Shown: in pieces, positions 15,299 through 25,559 of the stretch
Numbering within the stretch: the stretch's first letter is position 1
How the letters are laid out: every line of letters starts with the position of its first letter
Source of the DNA: Syntrophaceae bacterium CG2_30_49_12
GTDB taxonomy: Bacteria; Desulfobacterota; Syntrophia; Syntrophales; CG2-30-49-12
DNA length: 35,578 nucleotides
Direction: 5' to 3'
NCBI GenBank assembly: GCA_001873675.1
Contig: MNZP01000152.1
Coordinates: 1 to 35,578, forward strand
The notes under the pieces: generated by a model
The model's database searches: none
Seen by the model: only the letters and a program-made list of their open reading frames with translations
What the model was told of the DNA's origin: nothing
Position numbers and translations under genes: made by a program

Positions 15299-16570
15299 AT
15301 GCATGATTTTCACTATGTGGATGATGAACTCTGCTGTGAAGGGATGCCCATTCTTAAGATCGCTGGAGAGGTGGGAACGCCCTTCTACCTCTACAGCTAC
15401 AGAACCATAAAAAATCACTTTAAGGTTTTTGACGGCGCCTTTGCCGGAATTTCCCATCTCGTCTGTTTTTCTGCCAAATCCAATGCCAATATCGCTATTC
15501 TGAAGATATTTATTCGTGAAGGCTCCGGTGTGGATATTGTCTCCGGGGGTGAACTATATCGAGCCTTACAGGCAGGGGTGGATCCCGGGAAGGTTGTCTA
15601 TTCCGGCGTCGGCAAGAGGGCGGACGAGATAGAATACGCCCTCAAGAGCGGGATCCTCATGTTTAACGTGGAATCCCCTCAGGAGCTTGAGGTGATCAAC
15701 GACTGCGCCGGCAGGCTGGGAAAGAAGGCGGGCATTTCCCTGCGTGTAAACCCGGATGTTGACCCTCGCACCCATCGCCATATAGCAACCGGTCTTAGAG
15801 AAAACAAATTCGGCATAAGTATAGAAAGGGCCCGTGAGGAGTATCATCGGGCAGAGAAACTGCCTCATTTAGATATTAAAGGGATCAGTTGCCATATCGG
15901 TTCTCAGGTGACCGAAATTGCTCCCTTTACCGATACTATTGAACGTCTGAAAAAAATCATCCGCCTGCTTCGTAAAGACGGCATCAATATCCGGTATCTT
16001 GATATCGGGGGCGGTCTCGGCATCACTTACGACCGTGAGACGCCTCCCCATCCTTCCGAGTATGCAAGCGCCATTATGAAGGCGTCTGCCGGTATGGATT
16101 GCACCTTTATCTTTGAGCCGGGGAGGGTTATTGTCGGCAATGGGGGGATACTGGTGACCAGAGTTCTCTATACCAAAGCTACGGAAGATAAGAATTTTGT
16201 CATTGTTGATGCCGGGATGAACGATTTACTGCGTCCTGCCCTTTACGATTCCTATCACCATATCCAGCCGGTGGTGAAACGGGAAGGTCAGGAGATCATG
16301 GCCGATGTGGTTGGTCCTATTTGCGAGTCCAGTGATTATCTGGCCAAGGGTAGGATGATCCCCCGGTTTGAGAGGGGGGAACTGATGGCCGTCATGAGCG
16401 CCGGCGCCTATGGGTTCAGCATGTCGTCAAATTATAATGCGAGACCGAGGATACCGGAGGTACTCGTCAGGAATGACCAGTTTTACGTGATCAGAAAAAG
16501 AGAGGAATATGCCGATCTGGTCAGGGGCGAGGAGATACCGAATTTTTTAATGAATGAAACTGTTGCATAG
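15299..16570 (+). CDS. lysA: diaminopimelate decarboxylase
   Basis: PLP-Lys context CFSAKSNAN, plus GGGLGI, EPGR and CESSD motifs. 423 aa. Confidence 0.9.
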   Translation: MHDFHYVDDELCCEGMPILKIAGEVGTPFYLYSYRTIKNHFKVFDGAFAGISHLVCFSAKSNANIAILKIFIREGSGVDIVSGGELYRALQAGVDPGKVVYSGVGKRADEIEYALKSGILMFNVESPQELEVINDCAGRLGKKAGISLRVNPDVDPRTHRHIATGLRENKFGISIERAREEYHRAEKLPHLDIKGISCHIGSQVTEIAPFTDTIERLKKIIRLLRKDGINIRYLDIGGGLGITYDRETPPHPSEYASAIMKASAGMDCTFIFEPGRVIVGNGGILVTRVLYTKATEDKNFVIVDAGMNDLLRPALYDSYHHIQPVVKREGQEIMADVVGPICESSDYLAKGRMIPRFERGELMAVMSAGAYGFSMSSNYNARPRIPEVLVRNDQFYVIRKREEYADLVRGEEIPNFLMNETVA

Positions 16571-16599
16571 CAATATACTGGTTAGTGGAGGAAGGATTT

Positions 16600-17487
16600 A
16601 TGTTTAGAGGGGCCATTGTGGCGATTGTCACCCCATTTAAGGAGGGGAAGATTGATGAAGCGGCATTGCGGGAACTGATCGAGTTCCAGATCGTCAACGG
16701 GACTCAGGGGATTGTCCCCTGTGGAACTACCGGTGAGTCCAGTACGCTCTCCTATGAAGAGCATGACAGGGTGATCGAGATCACGATAGAAACCGTAAAA
16801 AAGCGGGTGCCGGTAATTGCCGGTACCGGTTCCAACAGCACCGAGGAGGCGCTGCGGCTGACCATGCATGCGTACAAAGCAGGCGCCGACGGGGCCTTGC
16901 TGGTCTGCCCCTACTACAACAGGCCCACACAGGAGGGGCTTTATCAGCACTATAAAACCATCGCAGAAAAGGTGCCGCTGCCGATTATCCCCTACAATAT
17001 TCCCGGCAGGACAGGGGTCAATCTCCTGCCTGAGACGGTAGCCAGACTTTCCAAAATAGACAATATCGTGGGTATCAAGGAGGCCTCCGGTTCCCTGACA
17101 CAGATGGGCGAGGTGATCAATCTCTGCGGCGATGATTTTTATCTTCTCTCGGGTGATGACATTATTACCCTCCCGGTACTTGCGCTTGGCGGCAGGGGAG
17201 TAATCTCTGTTGTCTCCAACGTGGCGCCTGCCGACGTGGTTGCGATGATTGACACTTTTGAAGCCGGCGATCTCCGGAGGGCAAGAGAATTACATTATAA
17301 GTTGGCGCCCCTGGTCGGCGCCCTCTTTCTGGAAACTAGTCCTGTCCCCGTCAAGGCCGCCCTGGCCATGATGGGAAAGATCGAAGCCGACGTGCGGCTT
17401 CCCCTGTGCAAAATTTCGGATGCTAATTACGAAAAGCTGAATAAGGCCATGCTGGATTATGGTCTTATCTCTGGTAAACCCAGGTAG
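16600..17487 (+). CDS. dapA: 4-hydroxy-tetrahydrodipicolinate synthase
   Basis: Start set to ATG 16600 after SD GGAGGAAGG. Motifs GTTGES, YYNRP and the Schiff-base Lys in GIKEASG. Confidence 0.9.
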   Translation: MFRGAIVAIVTPFKEGKIDEAALRELIEFQIVNGTQGIVPCGTTGESSTLSYEEHDRVIEITIETVKKRVPVIAGTGSNSTEEALRLTMHAYKAGADGALLVCPYYNRPTQEGLYQHYKTIAEKVPLPIIPYNIPGRTGVNLLPETVARLSKIDNIVGIKEASGSLTQMGEVINLCGDDFYLLSGDDIITLPVLALGGRGVISVVSNVAPADVVAMIDTFEAGDLRRARELHYKLAPLVGALFLETSPVPVKAALAMMGKIEADVRLPLCKISDANYEKLNKAMLDYGLISGKPR

Positions 17488-17495
17488 GGGTGTTA

Positions 17496-18290
17496 ATGTC
17501 TTATCCTTCCGTGATTTTAGAGGAAATTGTAGAGGCTAAAAAAGGGGAGCTCGCCGATCTAAAGGGGATCAGACCCCTTGTTAAACTGAAGGAGGCCCTC
17601 CGGGATACGCCCTGCCCCCGCAATTTCAGAGAGGCGATATCATCCTCTGACTGTTCCATCATCGCCGAGGTGAAGAGACGTTCCCCATCCAAAGGGACCA
17701 TCAGAGAAGACTTTGACCCGGTAAAGATTGCCGCCATCTATGAGGAAAGCGGGGCCGCTGCCGTCTCTGTTCTCACGGAACGTAAATTTTTCGGTGGAGA
17801 CAGCTCTTACCTCCTTGGTATTAAAAAAATCGTCGGCCTCCCCCTCCTGAGGAAGGATTTTATCATTGATCCTTACCAGATCTACGAGACAAGGGCCATC
17901 GGCGGTGACGCCCTCCTCCTCATCGCCAGTATCCTGAAAGAGGGACAATTGCGGGATTTTATTCATCTGGCGGAATCGCTGGGTCTCTCCCCACTTACAG
18001 AGGTGCATACACGGGAAGAACTGGATAAGGCGCTGTCCGCCGGGGCTGACATCATCGGGATCAACAACAGAGACCTGAAAAATTTTTCTACAGACCTGAA
18101 AACCAGCATGGAACTGGCTTCTTCTATTCCCGGAGACAAAATCGTGGTCAGCGAAAGCGGCATCCATACACGGGGAGATATTGAAATCCTGATGAAGGCG
18201 GGTATTCATTGCTTCCTGATAGGTGAGACACTGATGCGGGCCGGCGATATGGGTGCAAAATTAGGAGAACTTCTGGGCAGGAGGAAATAA
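17496..18290 (+). CDS. trpC: indole-3-glycerol-phosphate synthase
   Basis: IIAEVKRRSPSKG, LTE..FF.G, and IGINNRDL motifs. The start is ATG 17496 or GTG 17490. Confidence 0.85.
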   Translation: MSYPSVILEEIVEAKKGELADLKGIRPLVKLKEALRDTPCPRNFREAISSSDCSIIAEVKRRSPSKGTIREDFDPVKIAAIYEESGAAAVSVLTERKFFGGDSSYLLGIKKIVGLPLLRKDFIIDPYQIYETRAIGGDALLLIASILKEGQLRDFIHLAESLGLSPLTEVHTREELDKALSAGADIIGINNRDLKNFSTDLKTSMELASSIPGDKIVVSESGIHTRGDIEILMKAGIHCFLIGETLMRAGDMGAKLGELLGRRK

Positions 18291-18291
18291 A

Positions 18292-18915
18292 GTGACAAAG
18301 GTAAAGATCTGCGGGATCACAAACATCCATGATGCCCTGCATGCGGCCGATTGCGGGGCTGACGCCCTCGGTTTCATCTACTATCCGAAGAGTCCACGGT
18401 ACGTAGCGCCGGAGGTCGCCAGGAAAATCATCGAAGAACTTCCCCCTGGAATTACGAAGGTTGGTGTCTTTGTCAATCACGATGCCGGAGAGATCAGGGA
18501 ATTGATGGAATTCTGCGGTCTTGACATGGTTCAACTCCACGGAGATGAATCTCCCGCCTATTGCCGTCAATTTCCGGCGCTTACCCTGATCAAGGCCCTT
18601 TCCCTCCAGGTGGCGCATGACCTCGTAAAGTTGAGGGACTACCCTGTAAAGGCGGTCCTAATTGATGCCTATAGTCCTGAACTCTACGGGGGGACGGGGA
18701 AAAAAGCGGACTGGGAGCTGGCCATAAAGGTCAAGGAGACACACCTCCTCATCCTCTCCGGTGGTTTAAATGTAAACAATGTACGGCAGGCTATCGAGGC
18801 GGTTTTACCCCTCGCCGTTGACATCAACAGCGGTGTTGAAGCTTCCCCGGGGAAGAAGGATCCCGAGATGGTCAGGAGAATCATTGAGATTGTACGACAG
18901 ACAGATTCAGACTAA
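18292..18915 (+). CDS. trpF: phosphoribosylanthranilate isomerase
   Basis: MTKVKICGIT start (GTG), plus QLHGDE and GGL...DINSGVE motifs. The start lies 1 nt after the trpC stop. Confidence 0.85.
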   Translation: MTKVKICGITNIHDALHAADCGADALGFIYYPKSPRYVAPEVARKIIEELPPGITKVGVFVNHDAGEIRELMEFCGLDMVQLHGDESPAYCRQFPALTLIKALSLQVAHDLVKLRDYPVKAVLIDAYSPELYGGTGKKADWELAIKVKETHLLILSGGLNVNNVRQAIEAVLPLAVDINSGVEASPGKKDPEMVRRIIEIVRQTDSD

Positions 18916-18970
18916 TGCCCCGCGGATTCTTGATCCGCGGGGCATTGGCGCTCCGCGAAGCGGAGTGCCA
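18915..18970. terminator. two tandem GC-rich hairpins between convergent trpF and arfB
   Basis: Hairpin 1: ATGCCCCGCGGA-ttcttga-TCCGCGGGGCAT, a perfect 12-bp stem (18915-18945). Hairpin 2: TGGCGCTCCGC-gaa-GCGGAGTGCCA, 11 bp with one G-T pair (18946-18970). Neither has a flanking U-tract, so intrinsic-terminator function is only plausible. Confidence 0.45.
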
Positions 18971-19033
18971 ATCAGTACATATCGTATTTAACCCGCCGGC
19001 CGTCAAGCCCGCCGGCCTTGATCGGTTTTTTCC

Positions 19034-19459
19034 TTATTCATTCGTTTCGGGTTTAGCACGACGCGATCGCTTAATTTGTCCCCGATGAAGTTTACTTTCG
19101 ATACGACGAGCTTGCGAGGCACGTGTTGGCTTTGTAGCACGGCGCACCTTTGGAATTTCAAGCGCCTTGCGAATCAGACGGGTCAAACGTTGACGTGCAT
19201 CTTGTCGATTCTGCGCTTGCGTTCGAAAACGCCGGGCTTCGATCACCAGAATACCGTCCGCAGACACGCGCTTGCCCGCAATGCAGCGGAGACGCTCCCG
19301 GACCGTATCTGACAAGAAAGGAGAATGCCGGAGATCAAAACGCAATTGAACTGCCGTGGCAACTTTATTGATGTTTTGACCGCCAGGGCCAGAGGAAGAA
19401 ACAAACTTCTCGTCAAGTTCGCTCTCGGCAATGACAAGCTTGGGAGTAATGATCAACAT
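19034..19459 (-). CDS. arfB: alternative ribosome-rescue factor ArfB (peptidyl-tRNA hydrolase, GGQ class)
   Basis: SSGPGGQNINKV GGQ motif, ~140 aa, with the basic C-terminal tail (KPTRASQARRIESKLHRGQIKRSRR) characteristic of YaeJ/ArfB. Confidence 0.85.
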   Translation of the reverse strand: MLIITPKLVIAESELDEKFVSSSGPGGQNINKVATAVQLRFDLRHSPFLSDTVRERLRCIAGKRVSADGILVIEARRFRTQAQNRQDARQRLTRLIRKALEIPKVRRATKPTRASQARRIESKLHRGQIKRSRRAKPETNE

Positions 19460-19478
19460 AATGATATATGTGTTCTGG

Positions 19479-22115
19479 TCATTGCCGTTGGAAAGCGAGA
19501 GAAGCTTCCCGGATCGAGATTAATTTCTCCCTGAGCCTGTCTGCTATCCCCTGGTAATCAAGTTCCCCGATATCATCGGGAGTTAAGGGCGCCCCAAAGA
19601 TAATCCTCACCTTTTTGAGCCTCGGCAACCATCTCCCTCTGGGTAATACATCAACAGAACCCTCTATATAAGCGGGGATCAGGAGCACTTTCAACTCCCC
19701 GGCCAGGATCCCCACTCCTTTCTTGAAGGGCATTATCCTGCCGTCCACCGACCTGCCCCCCTCGGGAAATACGATAAGCGCCATATCTTCTCTCAGGGCA
19801 TAGGCAGATGCCTGAAGTGATTCCGAAAGACCTGAATTCGCATCTATGGTGATAATATGCCCCCACCGGGCAAGCCTTGAGGTCACCGCTCCACGGAAGT
19901 AACCCCGAAAACCCACGGCGTACAACTTCATAAACCTGTTCCGAAGGGTGGCGACAACGATAAAACCATCGAGATAGCTTGTATGGTTTGGAGCAATTAT
20001 GCAGGCTCCCTCAGCAGGAATATTTTCTCTTCCCTTCACCTCAAGTCTCAGGAAGACACGGGCGGCAAGATAAATAACCCATAAAACGAGGTGAAGGATG
20101 GCGTTGCTTATAGCCCCCCTTTCTCTTTTTAACCTTATCCTGTCCATCATATTTTCCGGCGGGGATTGCCTGAGAATGTCACTCCAGGATACAGGTCTCT
20201 TGAGGATTTCTATGTCTCCCGCCCCACCTGTGTATTCTATCGCCCTCTCGATAACGTCTCTGACGGTGGCAACCTCGGAAAATGACGGAGGTATCGGTAC
20301 ACCCAGGCTATTCTCCATGGCTACCATGAGTTCAACCCTCCCGAGGGAGTCTATCCCAAGATCCATCTCGAGATGGGAACGAGGGGAAATCCTGCGCTTG
20401 GTTATAAACGATAGGGACTGAAGGACTACCCTGCCGACATTCGACTCTAACAATCGCTGTTCTTCATCGGAGAGGGGCAGCTCTTCCGTTACCGCCGCCG
20501 AGGCCACCTCCCCTGCCATGAACCTCTTTATCTTTCCGAGATTGGTCCTCGGAAGAGGCCCCTTTAATATGCCGAAATCGGTGGCCCGGCTGTAGGATGG
20601 CAGTGTTGCGGAGAGTTTTTCCATCTCCCATCTCAGAGCTTCGGTGACATTGGCAATGCCATCGGCAGAGATCTTTTCGAAGTTTGGTAATACGAGGGCC
20701 TTGATACCCACGAAGCTTCCCGGATGCGAGGGATCGGGAATACCGGCAACACAGATCTCTTTTATATATGGGCTTTGAAGATAATGGTTTTCTACATCCT
20801 CCGGGTAGATGTTCTTGCCGGAACTTAAGACGATAACCTCCTTAGTCCTCCCCGTGATAAAGAGAAAGCCATCCGGGTCAAGGTAACCGAGATCCCCTGA
20901 GTGGAACCATCCCTCCCTTACAACCTCGGCCGTGGCCGCGGGATTTTTATAATAGCCCCTCATCACATTGGGGCCTCTGATAGCAACTTCTCCTACGCCT
21001 GAGACGTCGGGGTTGTCTATCCTTATTTCTACTCCCCCGACAGCCCTGCCGACCGAACCTATTTTCTTTCTCCCCGGCAGGTTGAAGGCTGCCACAGGGG
21101 ATGTCTCTGTGAGACCGTAACCTTCGAGGATGGTAAAACCAAGTCCCTCCATATCAGAGGCAACGGCGGGATCGAGTCTCGCCCCGCCACTGGCAAAGAA
21201 CCTGAGCCTTGCCCCGAACTCCCGATGGGCCTTTTTAAATATAACCCTCCCCATATTGAGACCCGTAGATCTCCTCAACTCTCTGGCGGCGATAAACATG
21301 AGCCTGGTGATCAACCTCTTCCACCCCGTAAGAGATTCTATCCCGGCCATTATCCCTTTATGTACCAGAGAGTACAACTGAGGGACACCCACCAGGATGG
21401 TCACTTCCTCTTCCCTCAAGGTTTTCATGATCTCCGGCCCCTTGAGGAAATTCAGGAAGGTGACCCTCCCACCCACCAAGGACGGCATCAGGAAGCAGAC
21501 CAGGAACGGATAGGCATGATGGAGGGGGAGAATAGACAGGATGTGATCGTCATGCGATACTACTCCCGGTTTGAGAAGGGCCTCTGCATTGGAGAGGAGG
21601 TTCTTGTGCGTAAGCATTACCCCTTTGGGGACACCGGTAGTGCCCGAAGTATAGAGGAGGGAGGCGAGCTCGTCATCGCTGACCACCGGAAATTCAGCGG
21701 GTGGTGAATCCGGGATTGGCGTATCAAAGGAGATTATCCTCACTCCCAGACCTTCTGAGGCATCGTTTAAAAGGGGGAGGAGATTCTTGGAAGTAAAAAC
21801 TGCCCTGCTCTCCGAATCCCGAAGGAGATTCTCCACTTCATCTTTCCCATATTGGGCATCGAGGGGAACGACAACGGCGCCAATCGAAACGATACCCAGG
21901 TAGGCAAGGCACCACTCAGGACTATTCTCTGCAAATATGGCAACCCTATCTCCCCTATGTATGTCCATATTTATCAGGTAACGCCCGATGGTTGCGGCTC
22001 TCTCATGGACATTGTAAAAGGTGAGACTCTTCAGGCCTGTCCCCTCCTTCATCTGAAGAAAGACAAGCTCCGGGAAACGTTCAACCGTCTCCGTAAACCT
22101 CTCGAATATCGCCAA
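19479..22115 (-). CDS. tri-domain acyl-AMP ligase / carrier-protein domain / PlsC-type acyltransferase
   Basis: AMP-binding motif LYTSGTTGVPKGV. Phosphopantetheine site context LGIDSLGRVEL at about residue 590. Acyltransferase motifs NHTSYLDG (H-x4-D) and FPEGGRS. Apparent TTG start after GGGAGG. Confidence 0.8.
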   Translation of the reverse strand: MAIFERFTETVERFPELVFLQMKEGTGLKSLTFYNVHERAATIGRYLINMDIHRGDRVAIFAENSPEWCLAYLGIVSIGAVVVPLDAQYGKDEVENLLRDSESRAVFTSKNLLPLLNDASEGLGVRIISFDTPIPDSPPAEFPVVSDDELASLLYTSGTTGVPKGVMLTHKNLLSNAEALLKPGVVSHDDHILSILPLHHAYPFLVCFLMPSLVGGRVTFLNFLKGPEIMKTLREEEVTILVGVPQLYSLVHKGIMAGIESLTGWKRLITRLMFIAARELRRSTGLNMGRVIFKKAHREFGARLRFFASGGARLDPAVASDMEGLGFTILEGYGLTETSPVAAFNLPGRKKIGSVGRAVGGVEIRIDNPDVSGVGEVAIRGPNVMRGYYKNPAATAEVVREGWFHSGDLGYLDPDGFLFITGRTKEVIVLSSGKNIYPEDVENHYLQSPYIKEICVAGIPDPSHPGSFVGIKALVLPNFEKISADGIANVTEALRWEMEKLSATLPSYSRATDFGILKGPLPRTNLGKIKRFMAGEVASAAVTEELPLSDEEQRLLESNVGRVVLQSLSFITKRRISPRSHLEMDLGIDSLGRVELMVAMENSLGVPIPPSFSEVATVRDVIERAIEYTGGAGDIEILKRPVSWSDILRQSPPENMMDRIRLKRERGAISNAILHLVLWVIYLAARVFLRLEVKGRENIPAEGACIIAPNHTSYLDGFIVVATLRNRFMKLYAVGFRGYFRGAVTSRLARWGHIITIDANSGLSESLQASAYALREDMALIVFPEGGRSVDGRIMPFKKGVGILAGELKVLLIPAYIEGSVDVLPRGRWLPRLKKVRIIFGAPLTPDDIGELDYQGIADRLREKLISIREASLAFQRQ

Positions 22116-22157
22116 AGTCCTCCCTCATTCTTGACCAGAGAAGAAGGTTCAGTATCT

Positions 22158-24506
22158 TCATTTTTCAAGGGCGAGCTTTAATACTTCTATCATCTCGTCT
22201 ACGAAGTAAAAGCAGATGTTTTTTTGCACCTTCTGGGGGATATCTTCCAGGTCCTTCCTGTTCCATCTGGGAAGGATGATCTTTTTGACGCCCGCACGGT
22301 GGGCGGCAAGGACCTTTTCTTTGATGCCGCCGACGGGAAGGACAAGCCCCCGGAGGGTGATTTCACCGGTCATGACGAGGTCTTTTTTAACCTTCCTGTT
22401 AGTCAGCAGAGATACCAGGGCGGTAAGCATCGTGACACCCGCCGAGGGACCGTCTTTTTGAATTGCCCCCGCAGGCACATGGACGTGGATATCAATCTCT
22501 TCGAAAAAATCCTTGGGGATGCCGAGATCAACGGCATTGGCCCGTATGAAGCTCAAAGCGGCATTCGCTGACTCCTTCATGACATCCCCCAGTTGGCCGG
22601 TCAGGGTAAGACCCTTCTTTCCTTTCATGGATGTGGCCTCAATAAAGAGAAGTTCTCCGCCCGTGGGTGTCCAGGCAAGTCCCATCGCCACGCCGGGCTT
22701 GGATATCCGGGCGCTCACATCAGGTGGTATACGGATCGGTCCCAGGTACCTGTGTATATCTTTAACGCCGATAGAAGCGGCCTTTATCTTTCCTTCAGCG
22801 ACTTTACTTGCCACACCACGACATACCGCGGCTATTTCACGCTCCAGATTCCTCACGCCGGCTTCCCGTGTATATCCCGAGATGATGTGTTCTACCGCAC
22901 CCTTTGTGAACGTGATCTGATCAGAAGCAAGGCCATTGCCCGCTATCTGCCTGGGAATGAGATAGCGCTCGGCAATTTTCATCTTTTCATCCCGTGTATA
23001 ACCGGGGAGTTCGATCACCTCCATCCTGTCACGGAGAGGAGGAGGCACCGTATCCATGATATTCGCCGTGGTAATAAACATGACATGGGACAGGTCAAAC
23101 GGTACATCCAGATAGTGATCCTCAAAAGAGAAGTTCTGCTCCGGATCGAGTACCTCGAGGAGCGCCGAGGAAGGATCACCACGAAAATCACTCCCCACCT
23201 TGTCAATCTCATCCAGCATAAATAGGGGGTTGTTCGATTCTGCCCGTCTGATTCCCTGGATGATCCTGCCGGGAAGCGCCCCCACATAGGTGCGGCGGTG
23301 CCCGCGAATCTCGGCTTCATCCCGCACACCCCCCAGAGAGAGACGGATGAATTTACGTCCCAGGGCACGGGCGATGGAATGCCCCAGGGATGTTTTACCG
23401 GTGCCCGGAGGTCCAACAAAACATAAGATTGGTCCCTTCATATCGGGCTTTAACTTGCGGACGGCCAGATACTCGATGACCCGCTTTTTGGGTTTTTCCA
23501 GGCCAAAGTGATCTTCATCTAAAACCTGTCTCGCCGCCTTGATGTCAAGATTGTCCTGCGTGTATTCATTCCAGGGGAGCGCCGTTAACCAGTCCAGGTA
23601 GGTTGCCGCCACGGTGTATTCGGCTGAGGAGGGATGCATACGGGACAGGCGATCAAGCTCACGCTCGGCCTCTTTCTTAGCCGCCTCGGGAAGATTTTTT
23701 TTCTCAATCTTGGTCCGAAATTCCTCGACCTCAACCTTCGATTCCTCCGTTTCACCCAACTCCTGTCTGATTGCCTTGAGCTGCTGGCGGAGGTAGTATT
23801 CCCGCTGACTTTTATCAATATCATTCTTAACCTGGGATTGGATCTTGTTGCTCAGTTCAAGTATCTCCAGTTGGTGATTTATCAGCCGCGTCACTTCCTG
23901 CAGTCGCTGCTTTACATCCAGGGTTTCTAAAATCTTCTGTTTCTCCTCTATGGTAGAATTTATAATAGATGCCACCATATCAGTTAGGGTGCTTGGTTCA
24001 GTAATGGATTTTGCCATAAGGCCGAACTCCTGGGGCAGAAAGGGAGAAAGCTGGACAACCCGGTCAAAAAGCCCCAACAGATTTGTCATCAATGCTTCGG
24101 TCTCGATGTCTTTGACTTCCTGGTCCTCGATGGCCTCCACCTGTGCCTGAAGATACGGTTTACCCTCCACAAACTCGACGATTTTGAACCTGCCGATACC
24201 CTGTAAGAGGAGTTGCGCCTTGTTATCAGCCCCCTTTGCCATTTTCAGAATCACGACAGCCGTACCGATGTCATAAAAATCCTCGGGCTGATGCCTGGTC
24301 TCGAGGGGGGGCTTCTTTGCCATCACAAGGCATACCAGGCGATCTTTGGCCATAGCCTCATCAATAAGGGTGGTTGACTGATCGCCGGAAACTTCCAGGG
24401 GAACCATCATCTTCGGGAAAACGACAATATTAAATATGGGTAGGAGGGGTAAAATTTTCGGGATATTAACAGCTTTCAACTCCTCGGATGGTTTCTCTTC
24501 TGACAT
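22158..24506 (-). CDS. lon: ATP-dependent Lon protease (LonA)
   Basis: Walker [10 protein letters not shown], catalytic Ser context DGPSAGV, Lys in [15 protein letters not shown]. Start set to ATG 24506 (GGAGG 5 nt upstream) rather than the track's 24518. Confidence 0.9.
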   Translation of the reverse strand: MSEEKPSEELKAVNIPKILPLLPIFNIVVFPKMMVPLEVSGDQSTTLIDEAMAKDRLVCLVMAKKPPLETRHQPEDFYDIGTAVVILKMAKGADNKAQLLLQGIGRFKIVEFVEGKPYLQAQVEAIEDQEVKDIETEALMTNLLGLFDRVVQLSPFLPQEFGLMAKSITEPSTLTDMVASIINSTIEEKQKILETLDVKQRLQEVTRLINHQLEILELSNKIQSQVKNDIDKSQREYYLRQQLKAIRQELGETEESKVEVEEFRTKIEKKNLPEAAKKEAERELDRLSRMHPSSAEYTVAATYLDWLTALPWNEYTQDNLDIKAARQVLDEDHFGLEKPKKRVIEYLAVRKLKPDMKGPILCFVGPPGTGKTSLGHSIARALGRKFIRLSLGGVRDEAEIRGHRRTYVGALPGRIIQGIRRAESNNPLFMLDEIDKVGSDFRGDPSSALLEVLDPEQNFSFEDHYLDVPFDLSHVMFITTANIMDTVPPPLRDRMEVIELPGYTRDEKMKIAERYLIPRQIAGNGLASDQITFTKGAVEHIISGYTREAGVRNLEREIAAVCRGVASKVAEGKIKAASIGVKDIHRYLGPIRIPPDVSARISKPGVAMGLAWTPTGGELLFIEATSMKGKKGLTLTGQLGDVMKESANAALSFIRANAVDLGIPKDFFEEIDIHVHVPAGAIQKDGPSAGVTMLTALVSLLTNRKVKKDLVMTGEITLRGLVLPVGGIKEKVLAAHRAGVKKIILPRWNRKDLEDIPQKVQKNICFYFVDEMIEVLKLALEK

Positions 24507-24569
24507 GGGAACCTCCAAAAGTAACCCTCATGCGAGAATTACAAGTCTTATGATTTAAGGGAAAGCCGA

Positions 24570-25016
24570 TCAACCTTTTTGAATGGGGATTTTGTGAACC
24601 TTATTTAAGGGCGCCTTCGGCATGCGGATTTGAAGAAGCCCATCTGTATATGTCGCATAAACAGATTCCATTTCAATAGGAGCGGGCAGGGTCAGGCTTC
24701 TCTCAAGATATCCGTACGGAATCTCGGCAAGGGAATACCTCGTGTTTTCCACGAGCGGCCTTTCCCGCCGTCGCCCGGAGATCTTTAGCGTCCTGCGGCC
24801 GATCTCCACATGAAGTTCTTCTCTAACAACCCCTGCAATATCGGCCAGGACCACAATCTCGTCGGGAGTTTCGCAGACATCTATCTGAGGTCTCCACATC
24901 CGCTGAAAGTGAGTAGCTAAGGGGTTAATCAGGATAAACATCTCATCAACAGTCCTGCGAAGGTCGGTATCTATCTCCCCCAGGTCGGTCGTAAAGCTAA
25001 TCTCTATATAGTCCAT
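24570..25016 (-). CDS. Hsp20/alpha-crystallin family small heat-shock protein
   Basis: 148 aa. Alpha-crystallin core (VVLADIAGV..EELHVEI..RTLKISGRR ... YGYLERSLTLP ... ATYTDGLLQIRMPK). SD GGAG 6 nt upstream. Confidence 0.85.
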   Translation of the reverse strand: MDYIEISFTTDLGEIDTDLRRTVDEMFILINPLATHFQRMWRPQIDVCETPDEIVVLADIAGVVREELHVEIGRRTLKISGRRRERPLVENTRYSLAEIPYGYLERSLTLPAPIEMESVYATYTDGLLQIRMPKAPLNKVHKIPIQKG

Positions 25017-25056
25017 TTTGGACTCCTGTAAATAGAATGGTTTTAAACACTGGAAC

Positions 25057-25132
<76 letters not shown>

Positions 25133-25269
25133 TTCTCTATGTCTGATTATTTCCGCTGTCTTTTACATTTTTTATATTACCATGCGGCAGGGCAGTTTAT
25201 AAGCAATATATCTATCTTAACAACTGTCCATTGTCAAGATTTTAACTGACGGTTGCAATTTAAACTTGA

Positions 25270-25449
25270 AAAGTGACACCTGATTTTTGGATCTTTCAAA
25301 TTATCAAAGAACGTCAGGCAGTTTTGAATGATGCTTTTGCAAAACATCCAGAGCGGTTCAAGGGGAAGGTGCCAAAACCAATGGTCTTACCAGAGGCAGC
25401 CTGGATCAATAAACCGGTACCAGAAAACAGTGATCCATTGCGACAGTAA
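25270..25449 (+). pseudogene. 3'-terminal relic of an rve-type (IS481/IS3-like) transposase
   Basis: A frame without a start codon reads KVTPDFWIFQIIKERQAVLNDAFAKHPERFKGKVPKPMVLPEAAWINKPVPENSDPLRQ*. The ...HPERF..G.P.P..LP.AAWIN.P tail is one I recall from C-termini of rve-domain transposases. Nothing upstream of the in-frame TGA (25267-25269) continues it. Confidence 0.5.
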
Positions 25450-25559
25450 ATTCTTAATGGAGGTGTCCATTTTCATTGACAAGTTCCGTAAGAGATGGTA
25501 AGAGTTGGTCGAAGGGTAATAAAGTTAACAGCAAAAAACCAATCTTAAGGAGGCAAGAG

